Below, piece after piece: positions 8,563 to 17,123 of a DNA stretch of 64,000 bases. Below the pieces are notes generated by a model, which saw nothing but the letters and a program-made list of their open reading frames with translations, did not search any database and had not been told where the DNA came from. A program made the position numbers and the translations under genes. Each line of letters opens with the position of its first letter. The stretch's first letter is position 1. The stretch spans positions 23,455-87,454 of the forward strand of contig JBFMAT010000007.1 in NCBI GenBank assembly GCA_040755495.1, in the 5' to 3' direction. This DNA is from Chloroflexota bacterium. Lineage in GTDB: Bacteria; Chloroflexota; Limnocylindria; Limnocylindrales; CSP1-4.

Positions 8563-9029
8563 CGCTCCTCCCGCGTGCCGGCCGTCCGCCTCGCGTCCAA
8601 CTCGTCCTGGAGGATGACGGCCGCGGCCTCGCGATCGATGCGCGCGCGGTGGGCGTTGCGCTGGGTTCGTGACGGCGGGCCGCCCGACCGGCCGCGCGAC
8701 ATCCGGCCCAGCCGCTGCTCGGCGACGAACGAGCTCAGGCGCTCGTCGCGCATCGTGACCGGCAAGCCGAGCCGCTCGCCGACGGCCGCCGCCCAGGCGC
8801 GGGCCGCCTCGGCCATGGGGCCCTCGACGCCGCTCGCCTCGATCGGCAGGCCGACCACGAGCTCGGTGACGTCCTGCTCGCGGCACACGGCCGCCAGCCG
8901 GGCGACGTCGCCGTCGAGCGTGGCGACACGGTTGACCGTGGCCAGGGGGCGGGCGATGTCGATGCCCGCATCCGCGATCGCGAGGCCGATCCGCCGCTCC
9001 CCCAGGTCGACGCCGAGGAGCCGGCTCAC
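8559..9029 (-). CDS. ruvX: Putative pre-16S rRNA nuclease / Holliday-junction-resolvase-like RuvX (YqgF)
   Basis: 156-aa ORF: MSRLLGVDLGERRIGLAIAD...ELVVGLP...R.ERLSS..A...L, consistent with the YqgF family. Confidence 0.9.
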   Translation of the reverse strand: MSRLLGVDLGERRIGLAIADAGIDIARPLATVNRVATLDGDVARLAAVCREQDVTELVVGLPIEASGVEGPMAEAARAWAAAVGERLGLPVTMRDERLSSFVAEQRLGRMSRGRSGGPPSRTQRNAHRARIDREAAAVILQDELDARRTAGTREER

Positions 9030-9081
9030 CGGGCGCGGGCGCGCGGCCCGTCGGCCGGGTTCGCGGTTCGATGGGTGGACA

Positions 9082-10842
9082 TCAGCCGGATGGTACCCGA
9101 CCCTCGCCCGGCGGGACCTCGACCGGGTCCCCGACGGTGAGCGTCACGCGCTGCTCGAGGCTGGGCACGGCCGCCACCCAGTCCGGCCACAGGACGAGAT
9201 CCACCTCGCCGTACGGGGTCAGCGCGGCGATCGCCTCCTCGCGGCCGAGGCCCAGCACCTGGCGCCGGAGCGCCTCGCCGTCGACCGGCCGGACCTGCTT
9301 CGCGGACCCGTCGACCGGGAAGGTCACGACGCCGCCGACCACGCTCCCCTCCCCGACCGTGACCTCGATCGAGTCGTCGACGAGGGTGTAGCCGCCGTCC
9401 ACCGAGCCCTGGAGCCTGGCCTCGGCGATCGCCTCCACGGGCGAGGCGTCCACCGCAAGCACGGTGCCGGTGGCCGTGACGCCCAGGGTGAACGCCTCGA
9501 CCTCCTGGTCCAGGAGCGTCGCGGGGTCCACGGTCGGCGCGGGCTCACCGAGCGCGGCGGTGTCCGGGAACACGGTCGTGCCGGGCGGGGCACCGGCGCC
9601 GTCCTCGAGCGCCGTGGCGAACTGCTCCTGGATGTCGAGGCCCAGCTGCTCGAGCGCGGCATCGATGTCCTTCTGGGCGACCCGCTTGAACTCCTCGCGG
9701 GTGCCGCCGCTGGTCGGCGCCGGGTTGGTGACGCTGAGCAGGTTGCGGTTGTACCGGGCGGGGATCACGCGGATCGTGCCGGCGTCCACGTTGCCGGCCG
9801 TGCCGGGCTCGACCGCGGTCACCGCAACCTCGCTGGTCTGGCACTTGACGTCGAGGTTGGGAGGCGTGCCGGACAGCTCGGCGACGGGCAGGAACACCTC
9901 CTCGTCCGTCTTGAACGCGATCCCGCTCCGGGTCCGGACCGTGGTCCCGCGCGGGATGGTGTACGAGGCACTGGGGTCGCAGTTGGTCCAGCGCACGCCA
10001 CCGCCGGCCGCGGTCTCCACGACGCGCTTGCCCGTCGCCGGGAACTCGGCCGACGCGGTCACGGGCACGGTCAGCGTCTGGGCCGGGATGATGCCCAGGT
10101 CCGCGTCCACGGCGGTGGCTTCGGGGTCGGCGCGGACGGTGAGCGAGATGGGGCCGATGGGCTCGATGCGGGGCGTGACCGTGATCTCGGCGCTGGGCAG
10201 CAGCAGCCAGGCCGCCACGCCGGCGATCCCGACGGCGAGCACCAGGATCCCGAACCCCGCGATGACGCCGGCGCCGATGCGCCGGCGGCGGGGGGCGTGG
10301 ACGACGCGCGGCTCGCCGCGAGGTCGGCCGGGCGCGACGTCGTCGAACGGGGCGGTGTCGTCGAGCTCCGCCGGCTCGCGGTCCCGCGACGGGGGGCGCG
10401 GGCGCGCCGCGGACACGGCCCGGGCGGTGTCGCCGGTTCCCGCGGCGGGCGCGGCCTCCGCCCGCCCGGCGGCGAGCCCCGTCGCGGCCGCCGCCGCGGC
10501 GCCGGCACCCGTCGTCGTGGTCCCGGATGGCTCCGCGTCCGACGGCCCGGCCGGCATCGCGTCACGGCCCTCGAGCGCGGCCTCGTACTCGACGACCGAG
10601 GCGAACACCGGCAGCCCCGCCGAGGCCGCCAGGGCCCGCGCCGACGCGTCGGGCGCGACGAGGTCCAGCCGCTTGCCGTTGACCATCGCCTCGCGGGCGA
10701 GCAGCCGGAAGTTGATCCGCGACGTCGCCAGCCGGGAGCCGAACGGCAGCACCAGCGCCACGCGCGTGTCGCTCGCGGACCGGATGCGGGTCGCCGCGGA
10801 GGTGATCTCGTCCTCGACGTCGAGGTAGATGATCGTCGCCAT
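9082..10842 (-). CDS. Single-pass membrane protein with a baseplate-J/gp47-like ectodomain (tentative)
   Basis: 586-aa ORF. Its parts are:
- a roughly 90-aa N-domain (MATIIYLDVEDEITSAATRIR...LPVFASV);
- an Ala/Gly/Pro low-complexity linker;
- one TM (IGAGVIAGFGILVLAVGIAGVAAWLLL);
- a beta-rich region with IPRGTTVRTRSGIAFKTDEEV..VAVTAVEPGTAGNVDAGTIRVIP..VTNPAPTSGGTREE.
That last region resembles the Baseplate_J signature as I remember it. Confidence 0.6.
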   Translation of the reverse strand: MATIIYLDVEDEITSAATRIRSASDTRVALVLPFGSRLATSRINFRLLAREAMVNGKRLDLVAPDASARALAASAGLPVFASVVEYEAALEGRDAMPAGPSDAEPSGTTTTGAGAAAAAATGLAAGRAEAAPAAGTGDTARAVSAARPRPPSRDREPAELDDTAPFDDVAPGRPRGEPRVVHAPRRRRIGAGVIAGFGILVLAVGIAGVAAWLLLPSAEITVTPRIEPIGPISLTVRADPEATAVDADLGIIPAQTLTVPVTASAEFPATGKRVVETAAGGGVRWTNCDPSASYTIPRGTTVRTRSGIAFKTDEEVFLPVAELSGTPPNLDVKCQTSEVAVTAVEPGTAGNVDAGTIRVIPARYNRNLLSVTNPAPTSGGTREEFKRVAQKDIDAALEQLGLDIQEQFATALEDGAGAPPGTTVFPDTAALGEPAPTVDPATLLDQEVEAFTLGVTATGTVLAVDASPVEAIAEARLQGSVDGGYTLVDDSIEVTVGEGSVVGGVVTFPVDGSAKQVRPVDGEALRRQVLGLGREEAIAALTPYGEVDLVLWPDWVAAVPSLEQRVTLTVGDPVEVPPGEGRVPSG

Positions 10843-10902
10843 CAGCCGCGAGCCTACCCCGCCGAGCCCTGGTCCGCCGGTCGCGGGTCGCAGGTCACGG
10901 CG

Positions 10903-12165
10903 TCACACCTTCATCGCGCGCAGGACCCGGCGCAGCGCGGCGTCGAGCGGGTCCTCGGAGGTGTGGAGCTCGATCGCCTGATAGGCGAGGCCCAGCGGTG
11001 GCACGTCCTGCTGGTCCACGAGCAGCTTGGTCTCGTCGGTGACCGCCTCCACCTGGTCGGGCGACATGATCGCGACCTCGGGCGGGCGGGCGAACGGCAG
11101 GCGCTTCCAGAACCGCTCCGCCTGGAGCGCCTCGCGGGTCTCCGGCAGCCGCGAGCCGCCGCCGCACAGGTACACGCGCGAGGGCAGCATCTCGCCGGCG
11201 GCCAGCTCCTCCATCACCAGCTCCACGCCGGCCGCCCAGACGGCCACGTCGTCGCCGACGATCTCCGCCACCGCCTCGCGCTGCTCGATCTCCAGCCCCC
11301 GCGCATAGTCGACCTTGAGCGACTCGGCGCGCGGGAACGGCAGGTCCAGGCGGTCCGCGATCGACTTCGTGAACGCGCGGCCGCCGAGCGCGAACATCCG
11401 CGTGCCCTCGATGCCGCCCTGCCGGACGAGCGCGATGTCCGTGGTGCCGCCGCCGATGTCGATGAACAGGGCACCGGCCTGGCGGACGTGCTCGGCGCCC
11501 AGGACGCGCGCCACGGCGTACGGCTCGGCCACGATCTCCAGCAGCTCGAGGTCCAGCTGGCTGGCGACGGTCTGCAGCGCGCCCAGGTGGACCAGCGGCG
11601 CGAACGCGTTGAAGATCCCGATCTTGACGTGCCGGCCCTGGAAGCCCACCGGGTTGCTCAGGCCGTAGCCGTCGATCGAGGCGCCGACGATCGCGCTGTG
11701 GACGAGCCTGACGTCCACGTGCGGCAGGCCGGTCTCCCAGGTGATCGAGCGCTCGGCCTCGTGGAGCGCCTGGCGCTGGACGCTGTCGATGAGCTTGACG
11801 AGCTCGCCGTCGGAGATCGGCAGCTCGGGCTTCTTGCGCTCCTGGGTCAGCGTCGTGGTGAACCCCTTGACCAGCTCGCCGGCGATGCCGATGACGACCT
11901 GGGTGGGGCGGAAGCCGGCCATCTCCTCGGCTTCCTGGAGCGCGACCGCGCAGTTGTCGACGACGGCGGCGATGTCGGCCACCGACGCCGACTGCATGTG
12001 CGACAGGCCCTGGCGCTTGCGGCCGACGCCCCGAACGGTGCCGTGTCCCGCGTCGTCGATCTCGAACACCAGCGCCTTCGCGAACTCCGTGCCGATGTCC
12101 AGCGCGGTGCAGGCGGCCAGCGCCGGCTCCTCGTCACGGCTCCAGATGCGGCGCAGGAAGGACAT
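10903..12165 (-). CDS. FtsA-like actin-fold ATPase
   Basis: ATG at 12165 (MSFLRRIW...) gives about 420 aa. Motifs are ALDIGTEFAKALVFE, VADIAAVVDNCAVALQEAEEMAG, VVIGIAGELV, VAEPYAVARVL, LFIDIGGGTTDIALV, FALGGRAFTKSIA and YLCGGGSRLPE. The part of the ORF upstream of 12165 overlaps alaS. Confidence 0.85.
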   Translation of the reverse strand: MSFLRRIWSRDEEPALAACTALDIGTEFAKALVFEIDDAGHGTVRGVGRKRQGLSHMQSASVADIAAVVDNCAVALQEAEEMAGFRPTQVVIGIAGELVKGFTTTLTQERKKPELPISDGELVKLIDSVQRQALHEAERSITWETGLPHVDVRLVHSAIVGASIDGYGLSNPVGFQGRHVKIGIFNAFAPLVHLGALQTVASQLDLELLEIVAEPYAVARVLGAEHVRQAGALFIDIGGGTTDIALVRQGGIEGTRMFALGGRAFTKSIADRLDLPFPRAESLKVDYARGLEIEQREAVAEIVGDDVAVWAAGVELVMEELAAGEMLPSRVYLCGGGSRLPETREALQAERFWKRLPFARPPEVAIMSPDQVEAVTDETKLLVDQQDVPPLGLAYQAIELHTSEDPLDAALRRVLRAMKV

Positions 12166-12199
12166 CAGGCCGCCCCGCCCGCCTGGCCGGGCGAGGGGC

Positions 12200-15073
12200 T
12201 CACGCCGCCCCGGCGCGGGCAGCCGCCGCGGCGCGCACGGCCGCGATCGCATCCCCGAGCCCCTCGCGGCGCGTGCCCTTTCCCTGGGCCATCTCCGGGC
12301 GGCCTCCGCCACGTCCCTCGATCGCCGTCACGGCCCCCTGGACGAGCGGGCCGGCGGCGATGCCACGCGCGACGAGGTCGTCGCTGACCGTGACGAACAG
12401 CTGCGGCTCGTCCGCGTCGAGGCCGAGCGCGATGACGCCGCTGGGCAGCGAGCCGCGGACGTCCTTGGCGAAGCCCTTGAGCGCGTCGACCGAGTCGAGG
12501 TCCAGGGCCGCGCCCACGAACCGCACGCCGGGCGCGACCTCCTCGGCCCTCGCCGCCAGGTCGCCGGGCTTCGGCCGGCCGTCTCCCGCCACGCCCGCCT
12601 TGAGCCGCCGCTTCGTCTCGCGCAGCTCGTCCTGGAGCGCGGCGATCCGCTCCGGGACGGCCTCGGGCGTGCGGGCGCCCACCGCCGCGGCGGCACGCTC
12701 CAGGACGGCGAACCGCTCGTCCATCAGGCGGTCCGCGGCGGCGCCGGTCACGGCCTCGATCCGGCGCATCCCGGACCCGATGCTCCGCTCCCCGGTGATC
12801 ACGAAGTTGCCGATCTGGCCCGAGGCGCGACAGTGGGTGCCGCCGCACAGCTCGTGGCTGAACCCCTCGACCCGGATCGTCCGCACCCGCTCCCCGTACT
12901 TCTCGTCGAAGAACGCGTCGGCGCCCGCGGCCTGGGCCTCGGCCATGGTCATCCACTCGACCGACACCGGGAGGTCCTCGCGGACGATCCGGCGGACCTC
13001 CCGCTCGATCTCGCGCTGCTCGCCCTCGCTCAGCGCCCGGTCGAACGGGAAGTCGAAGCGCAGGTAGTCCGGGTGGACGAGCGATCCCGCCTGGCGCGCC
13101 CGCTCGCCGACCACGTTGCGCAGCGCGCGGTGGAGCACGTGCGTGCCCGTGTGGTTGCGCATCGTGTGCGCGCGGCGCTCGGGATCGACCACTGCGAGGA
13201 CGCGGTCGCCGACCGCCACCCGGCCACGGAGCGTGCCGCGGTGGACCGTGAGCCCGGCGGCCTGCGTGCCGGCCACGCGCTGGACGTCCTCGACCTCGAA
13301 CAGCGGCTCGGCCGCCCGGTCGCCGATCCCCACCGAGGGGCGTCCGTCGCCGCTCGACCTGACCTGCCACGCCACCGGCGCGTCGCCGGGTGCCGCGACG
13401 AGCACGCCCAGGTCGGCCACCTGGCCGCCGCTCTCCGCGTAGAACGGCGTCCGGTCGAGGATCAGCTCGGCGCTGGCCGCCGCCTCGGCGCGGAGCTCGA
13501 TCTCGGGGACCGCCTCGAGCGTCTCGTACTCGATGCCGTCGCGCAGGATCGCGACCACGCGCGCGTCGGCGGTCGTGGTCTCGTAGCCCAGGAACTCGCT
13601 CGCACCGAGGCGCCCCAGCAGCGCGTTGTACAGGGACGCGAGCTCCGCCTGCCGCGACAGGTCCGCCTTCGTCCCCGCGCGGCTGCGCTCGCGCTGCTCG
13701 GCCAGCGCGTCCTGGAAGGCAGCCAGGTCCGTGCGCACGCCGTATTCGGCCGCCAGCTCGACCGTGAGGTCGATCGGGAAGCCGTACGTGTCGTGGAGCC
13801 GGAACGCGATCTCGCCGGGCAGGACCGGCGCGTCGGGCGGCAGCGTCTCCGCCTGGCGTCCGATGACCCGCTCGGCCGAGGTCAGCGGGATCAGCGCCTC
13901 CTCGAGCTGCGTCATGCCGGCCTCGAGCGTGCGGATGAACTGGCGCTCCTCGCGCTCGATCGTGCCCAGGATCTCCAACCGGCGCTCCGCGAGGTGCGGG
14001 AACGCGTCCGACATGGTGTCGATGACGACCTTGGCGGTCTCGCCCAGGAACGGCTCGTGGCGCCCCAGCAGCCGGCCATGGCGCACCGCCCGGCGCAGGA
14101 TCCGCCGCAGGACGTATCCGCGGCCCTCGTTGCCCGGCAGCACGCCGTCGGCGACCAGGAACGTCACGGCCCGGCTGTGGTCCGCGATGACCTGGTAGCT
14201 GAAGCGCTCCTGCTCGAAGCCCTCGGGGTCGTGGCCCAGCAGCTCGCGCATCCGGGCGTGGATGGGGGCGAACAGGTCCGTGTCGTAGTTGCTGGTCACG
14301 CCCTGGACGACGCTCGCGATGCGCTCCAGGCCCAGGCCCGTGTCCACGCCGGGCGCCGGCAGCGGGGTGAGGCTCCGGTCGGGGTGGAGCTCGAACTCCA
14401 TGAACACGAGGTTCCAGACCTCGAGCCAGCGCGGGCAGTGCTCGGAGTGGTCCGGGACGCAGTGCGGGCCCTCGGACAGGTGGGCCCCGCGGTCGTAGTG
14501 GAGCTCGGAGCACGGGCCGCACGGCCCGACATCGGCCATGCGCCACCAGTTCTTCTCGTCACCCGCCGGGAAGTCGCCCCAGCGGACCAGCCGCTCCGGG
14601 GGCAGCCCGATCTCGTCCTTCCAGACGGCATGCGCGACGTCGTCGGTCGTGTACACGGTGGCGGCCAGGCGGTCGCCGGGGATCCCGAGGTCACGGGTCA
14701 GGAACTGCCAGGCCCAGTGGATCGCCTCGCGCTTGAAGTAGTCGCCGAAGCTCCAGTTGCCCAGCATCTCGAACAGCGTGTGGTGGCGCGGCGTCCGCCC
14801 GACCTCCTCGAAGTCGTTGTGCTTGCCGGCCACCCGCAGGCAGCGCTGGTAGTCGACGGCACGGGTGTACTCGCGCTTCTCGACCCCCGTCAGCGCATCC
14901 TTGAACTGGACCATCCCGCTGTTCGTGAACAGGAGCGTCTGGTCCCCGGCCGGCACGAGGCTGGCGCTGGGCACCACGGTGTGGCCGCGCTCCGCGAAGA
15001 ACTCGATGAACCGCCGGCGGATCTCGGCCGCCGGCAGGTACGGGATCACGGAGTCGGTGGTCGGGGCGGACAT
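12200..15073 (-). CDS. alaS: Alanine--tRNA ligase
   Basis: ATG at 15073 (MSAPTTDSVIPYLPAAEIRRRFIEFFAERGHTVVPSASLVP..DQTLLFTNSGMVQFKD) gives 957 aa. It contains the editing-domain HTGTHVLH and CGGTHC motifs. The 5' part of the 1353-aa ORF is junk. Confidence 0.95.
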   Translation of the reverse strand: MSAPTTDSVIPYLPAAEIRRRFIEFFAERGHTVVPSASLVPAGDQTLLFTNSGMVQFKDALTGVEKREYTRAVDYQRCLRVAGKHNDFEEVGRTPRHHTLFEMLGNWSFGDYFKREAIHWAWQFLTRDLGIPGDRLAATVYTTDDVAHAVWKDEIGLPPERLVRWGDFPAGDEKNWWRMADVGPCGPCSELHYDRGAHLSEGPHCVPDHSEHCPRWLEVWNLVFMEFELHPDRSLTPLPAPGVDTGLGLERIASVVQGVTSNYDTDLFAPIHARMRELLGHDPEGFEQERFSYQVIADHSRAVTFLVADGVLPGNEGRGYVLRRILRRAVRHGRLLGRHEPFLGETAKVVIDTMSDAFPHLAERRLEILGTIEREERQFIRTLEAGMTQLEEALIPLTSAERVIGRQAETLPPDAPVLPGEIAFRLHDTYGFPIDLTVELAAEYGVRTDLAAFQDALAEQRERSRAGTKADLSRQAELASLYNALLGRLGASEFLGYETTTADARVVAILRDGIEYETLEAVPEIELRAEAAASAELILDRTPFYAESGGQVADLGVLVAAPGDAPVAWQVRSSGDGRPSVGIGDRAAEPLFEVEDVQRVAGTQAAGLTVHRGTLRGRVAVGDRVLAVVDPERRAHTMRNHTGTHVLHRALRNVVGERARQAGSLVHPDYLRFDFPFDRALSEGEQREIEREVRRIVREDLPVSVEWMTMAEAQAAGADAFFDEKYGERVRTIRVEGFSHELCGGTHCRASGQIGNFVITGERSIGSGMRRIEAVTGAAADRLMDERFAVLERAAAAVGARTPEAVPERIAALQDELRETKRRLKAGVAGDGRPKPGDLAARAEEVAPGVRFVGAALDLDSVDALKGFAKDVRGSLPSGVIALGLDADEPQLFVTVSDDLVARGIAAGPLVQGAVTAIEGRGGGRPEMAQGKGTRREGLGDAIAAVRAAAAARAGAA

Positions 15074-15214
15074 CGCCGCAATGGTAGCGAACGGGGAGGG
15101 CCGGCTCGGGGCGGGCCGGGGGCCGGCGCCCGGGCACTGCGCCCCGGTTCGGAGCGCCGCCCAATGCCGGACCGCGCGCATGCTGTCCGCGCGCCGCCCG
15201 CGCCGGGTCGTCCT

Positions 15215-15388
15215 GCGGCTTGGGAAGCCGCGATCTCGATACTCCGCCGCCCGTCTGCGGCTTCGAGAGCCGCGATCCGACGGGATTCTGGCCGATCCGG
15301 GCCGCTGGAGGTCCGACACCCGGCCCGTTGCGGCATCACAAGCCGCAGAACGACCGCCCCGGCCCGGAATCGCTGCCTGCCAGGCAGC
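15215..15388. repeat. Family A composite four-hairpin intergenic element, copy 2
   Basis: Four hairpins: GCGGCTTGGGAAGCCGC+GATC (15215), GCGGCTTCGAGAGCCGC+GATC (15257), GCGGCATCACAAGCCGC (15330), and GAATC+GCTGCCTGCCAGGCAGC (15372). Spacing is 42 / 73 / 42 nt, and order and orientation match copy 1. Confidence 0.8.
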
Positions 15389-15413
15389 ACAGCGCCTCAC
15401 CGGACGGGGCGAC

Positions 15414-15641
15414 TCAGCGAGGGCCGCCGCTCCTGCCTCGACCGCGAAGGAGCGAGCCGCCCGCGAGCGCGGCGCCGACCAGCGCCCCGACCACGAGGCC
15501 GCCCAGGAACCGCCTCGACCGGGGCGTGTCGCCGCCCAGCAGCTCCGCCAGGTCGGCGAGGCCGCCGAGCGGGCGCGGGCCGGTGATCCGGGTCGGGTCG
15601 GGTTCGGGTTCGGCCCTGGGGTCGCGGTCGTCGGGTGCCAT
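15414..15641 (-). CDS. Small hypothetical protein (75 aa, acidic N-half, one Gly/Ala-rich hydrophobic segment)
   Basis: High third-position GC. The ATG lies 1 nt after the stop of the preceding 93-aa gene. Sequence MAPDDRDPRAEPEPDP...FLGGLVVGALVGAALAGGSLL. No family recognised. Confidence 0.5.
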   Translation of the reverse strand: MAPDDRDPRAEPEPDPTRITGPRPLGGLADLAELLGGDTPRSRRFLGGLVVGALVGAALAGGSLLRGRGRSGGPR

Positions 15642-15642
15642 G

Positions 15643-15924
15643 TCAGCGCATCTTCGTCGATTGGGGGCCCAGCGTGGCGATGATCGCGACGAAACCGATC
15701 CCCAGCCAGGCGACGATCGAGGCCGGGATCAGGCCGAAGTCGCCGATGGCGAGGATGTCGAGGCCGATCCGGCTGCCGATCGCGGCGCCGGCCCACGCGC
15801 CCAGCACCGCGGCCAGGAACGTGAGCGGGAGGCGGCCGCCGGCGTTGCCCCGGACGAAGACGTAGATCGCCGTGTGGGCGAGGCCCACCAGCAGCGCGAG
15901 CGGCAGGGCCGGCGGGATGGTCAT
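15643..15924 (-). CDS. Small hypothetical integral membrane protein (93 aa, about 3 TM)
   Basis: ATGA overlap with the mnmA stop (15921-15924). The protein is hydrophobic throughout ([17 protein letters not shown].., [31 protein letters not shown]). Confidence 0.6.
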   Translation of the reverse strand: MTIPPALPLALLVGLAHTAIYVFVRGNAGGRLPLTFLAAVLGAWAGAAIGSRIGLDILAIGDFGLIPASIVAWLGIGFVAIIATLGPQSTKMR

Positions 15925-17123
15925 CCGCGGGCGGCGACGGGCTGGGGCGCCCTGCCGGTCCGCGGGACGTCACCCGTGCCGGGCGCGACGACCGCCGCCG
16001 GCCGCGCGATCCGGCCGCCGCCGAGACAGGTGTCGCCGTCGTACAGGACGCAGGCCTGGCCGGGGGCGATCGCCCACACGGGCGTGTCGGTCTCGACGAC
16101 CCAGCGGCCGCCGCGGGCGGGCTCGCCGGACGTGGCGGGGCGGACGGTCGCGTCGACCAGCGGGGCGCGGTGCCGGATCCGGACCTGCGCCCGGAACGGA
16201 CGCCACGCGCCGCGCTCGTCCCGGCCGGCCGGCGGCTCGCCGGCGACGAACGTGCCGCCATCGAGCGGGATCTCGCGGGTCTCGAGGTCCTCGCGCCGCC
16301 CGAGGACGATGGCGTTGGTCGCGGGGTCGATGCGCGACACGTAGCGCGGCTCGCCGAGCGCCACGTTGAGCCCCTTGCGCTGGCCCACCGTGTACCCGGC
16401 GGCCCCCTCGTGCTCCCCCACCCTGCGGCCGTCCGCGTCCAGCACGGGACCCGGCGCGGGCGTCCAGCCGCCGCGTGTCCGCAGCTCGGCGCGGTAGTCG
16501 CCGCCGGGCACGAAGCAGATCTCCTGGCTCTCGGGCTTGTCCGCGGTCACCAGGCCCAGGCCGCGCGCGATGTCGCGCACCTCGGGCTTCGACAGGTCGC
16601 CCAGCGGGAACCGGCTGTGCCACAGCTGGTCCTGGCGCAGGCCGTACAGGAAGTACGTCTGGTCCTTGTCGCCGTCGGCGGCCCGGGCGAGGGTCGCGCG
16701 CGGGCCGTCGGGCGTGTCCACGACCACGCGGCGTGCGTAGTGGCCCGTGGCGACCGCCTCGCAGTCGTACAGGTGACGCGCGCGCCCCAGCAATGCCCCG
16801 AACTTGACGTAGCTGTTGCAGTCCACGCACGGGCTGGGCGTCTCGCCGCCGAGGTACGCCGCGACGAACGGCTCGATGACGCCCGCCGCGAACTCGCGCT
16901 CGAGGTTCAGGACGTAGAACGGGACGCCGAGCCGGGCGGCGACGCGGCGCGCGTCGTCGGCGGCGTCCGCGGAGCAGCAGCTCTTCCTCACCTCGGAGTA
17001 GGCGTCCGCCACGTCGTGGAGGCGCATCCAGACGCCCACCACCTCGTGGCCCTGCTCGTGGAGCAGCGCCGCGGCGACGGAGCTGTCCACGCCACCCGAC
17101 ATCGCGACCAGGACCCGGCTCAC
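15921..17123 (-). CDS. mnmA: tRNA-specific 2-thiouridylase
   Basis: GTG at 17123 overlaps the desulfurase stop as GTGA. Motifs are [16 protein letters not shown] (PP-loop), CCS, PCVDCN, ATGHYAR and DKDQTYFL. Length 400 aa. Confidence 0.93.
   Translation of the reverse strand: MSRVLVAMSGGVDSSVAAALLHEQGHEVVGVWMRLHDVADAYSEVRKSCCSADAADDARRVAARLGVPFYVLNLEREFAAGVIEPFVAAYLGGETPSPCVDCNSYVKFGALLGRARHLYDCEAVATGHYARRVVVDTPDGPRATLARAADGDKDQTYFLYGLRQDQLWHSRFPLGDLSKPEVRDIARGLGLVTADKPESQEICFVPGGDYRAELRTRGGWTPAPGPVLDADGRRVGEHEGAAGYTVGQRKGLNVALGEPRYVSRIDPATNAIVLGRREDLETREIPLDGGTFVAGEPPAGRDERGAWRPFRAQVRIRHRAPLVDATVRPATSGEPARGGRWVVETDTPVWAIAPGQACVLYDGDTCLGGGRIARPAAVVAPGTGDVPRTGRAPQPVAARG

Noticed and set aside
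9082-10842. Prophage or tailocin remnant, suggested by baseplate-J-like, holin-like (34056-36206) and tyrosine-recombinase (50117-51124) signatures
   Set aside because: The three genes are tens of kb apart, each embedded in housekeeping operons. There are no capsid, tail, terminase or att-like features. The recombinase has Xer-type motifs and context.
5617-12387. 2256-aa plus-strand ORF, the longest in the track, spanning more than 6.7 kb
   Set aside because: It runs antisense to six well-supported conserved genes (aminopeptidase, mltG, ruvX, the 586-aa protein, the ftsA-like gene and the alaS 3' end). Its translation is Arg/Gly/Pro/Ala/Asp-rich with no recognisable domain. Stop-codon scarcity in very GC-rich DNA explains it.
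15074-15413. Possible T-box riboswitch upstream of alaS (also considered for aspS and hisS)
   Set aside because: Reading the minus strand, I could not find the conserved T-box sequence or a specifier-loop-like arrangement. The aspS and hisS leaders are only about 35-70 nt. A covariance-model scan would be needed to exclude one formally.
11741-15586. 1281-aa plus-strand ORF, plus similar giant ORFs at 41245-44916, 50928-53888, 26437-29292, 32308-34761, 57277-59193 and 44475-46568
   Set aside because: All lie antisense to strongly conserved genes (alaS, rel, topA, the permease, aspS, comM, murE). All have low-complexity R/P/G/A composition and lack any motif. They are GC-content artefacts.
12200-16261. 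The long N-terminal extensions of the alaS, mnmA, aspS, hisS, femAB, xer, dprA, SPFH and CAP-protein ORFs (for example the 1353-aa 'AlaS')
   Set aside because: The upstream parts are R/P/G-rich, overlap neighbouring genes, and precede clear internal starts that match family N-termini, often with stop/start coupling. These ORFs were trimmed to the internal starts.
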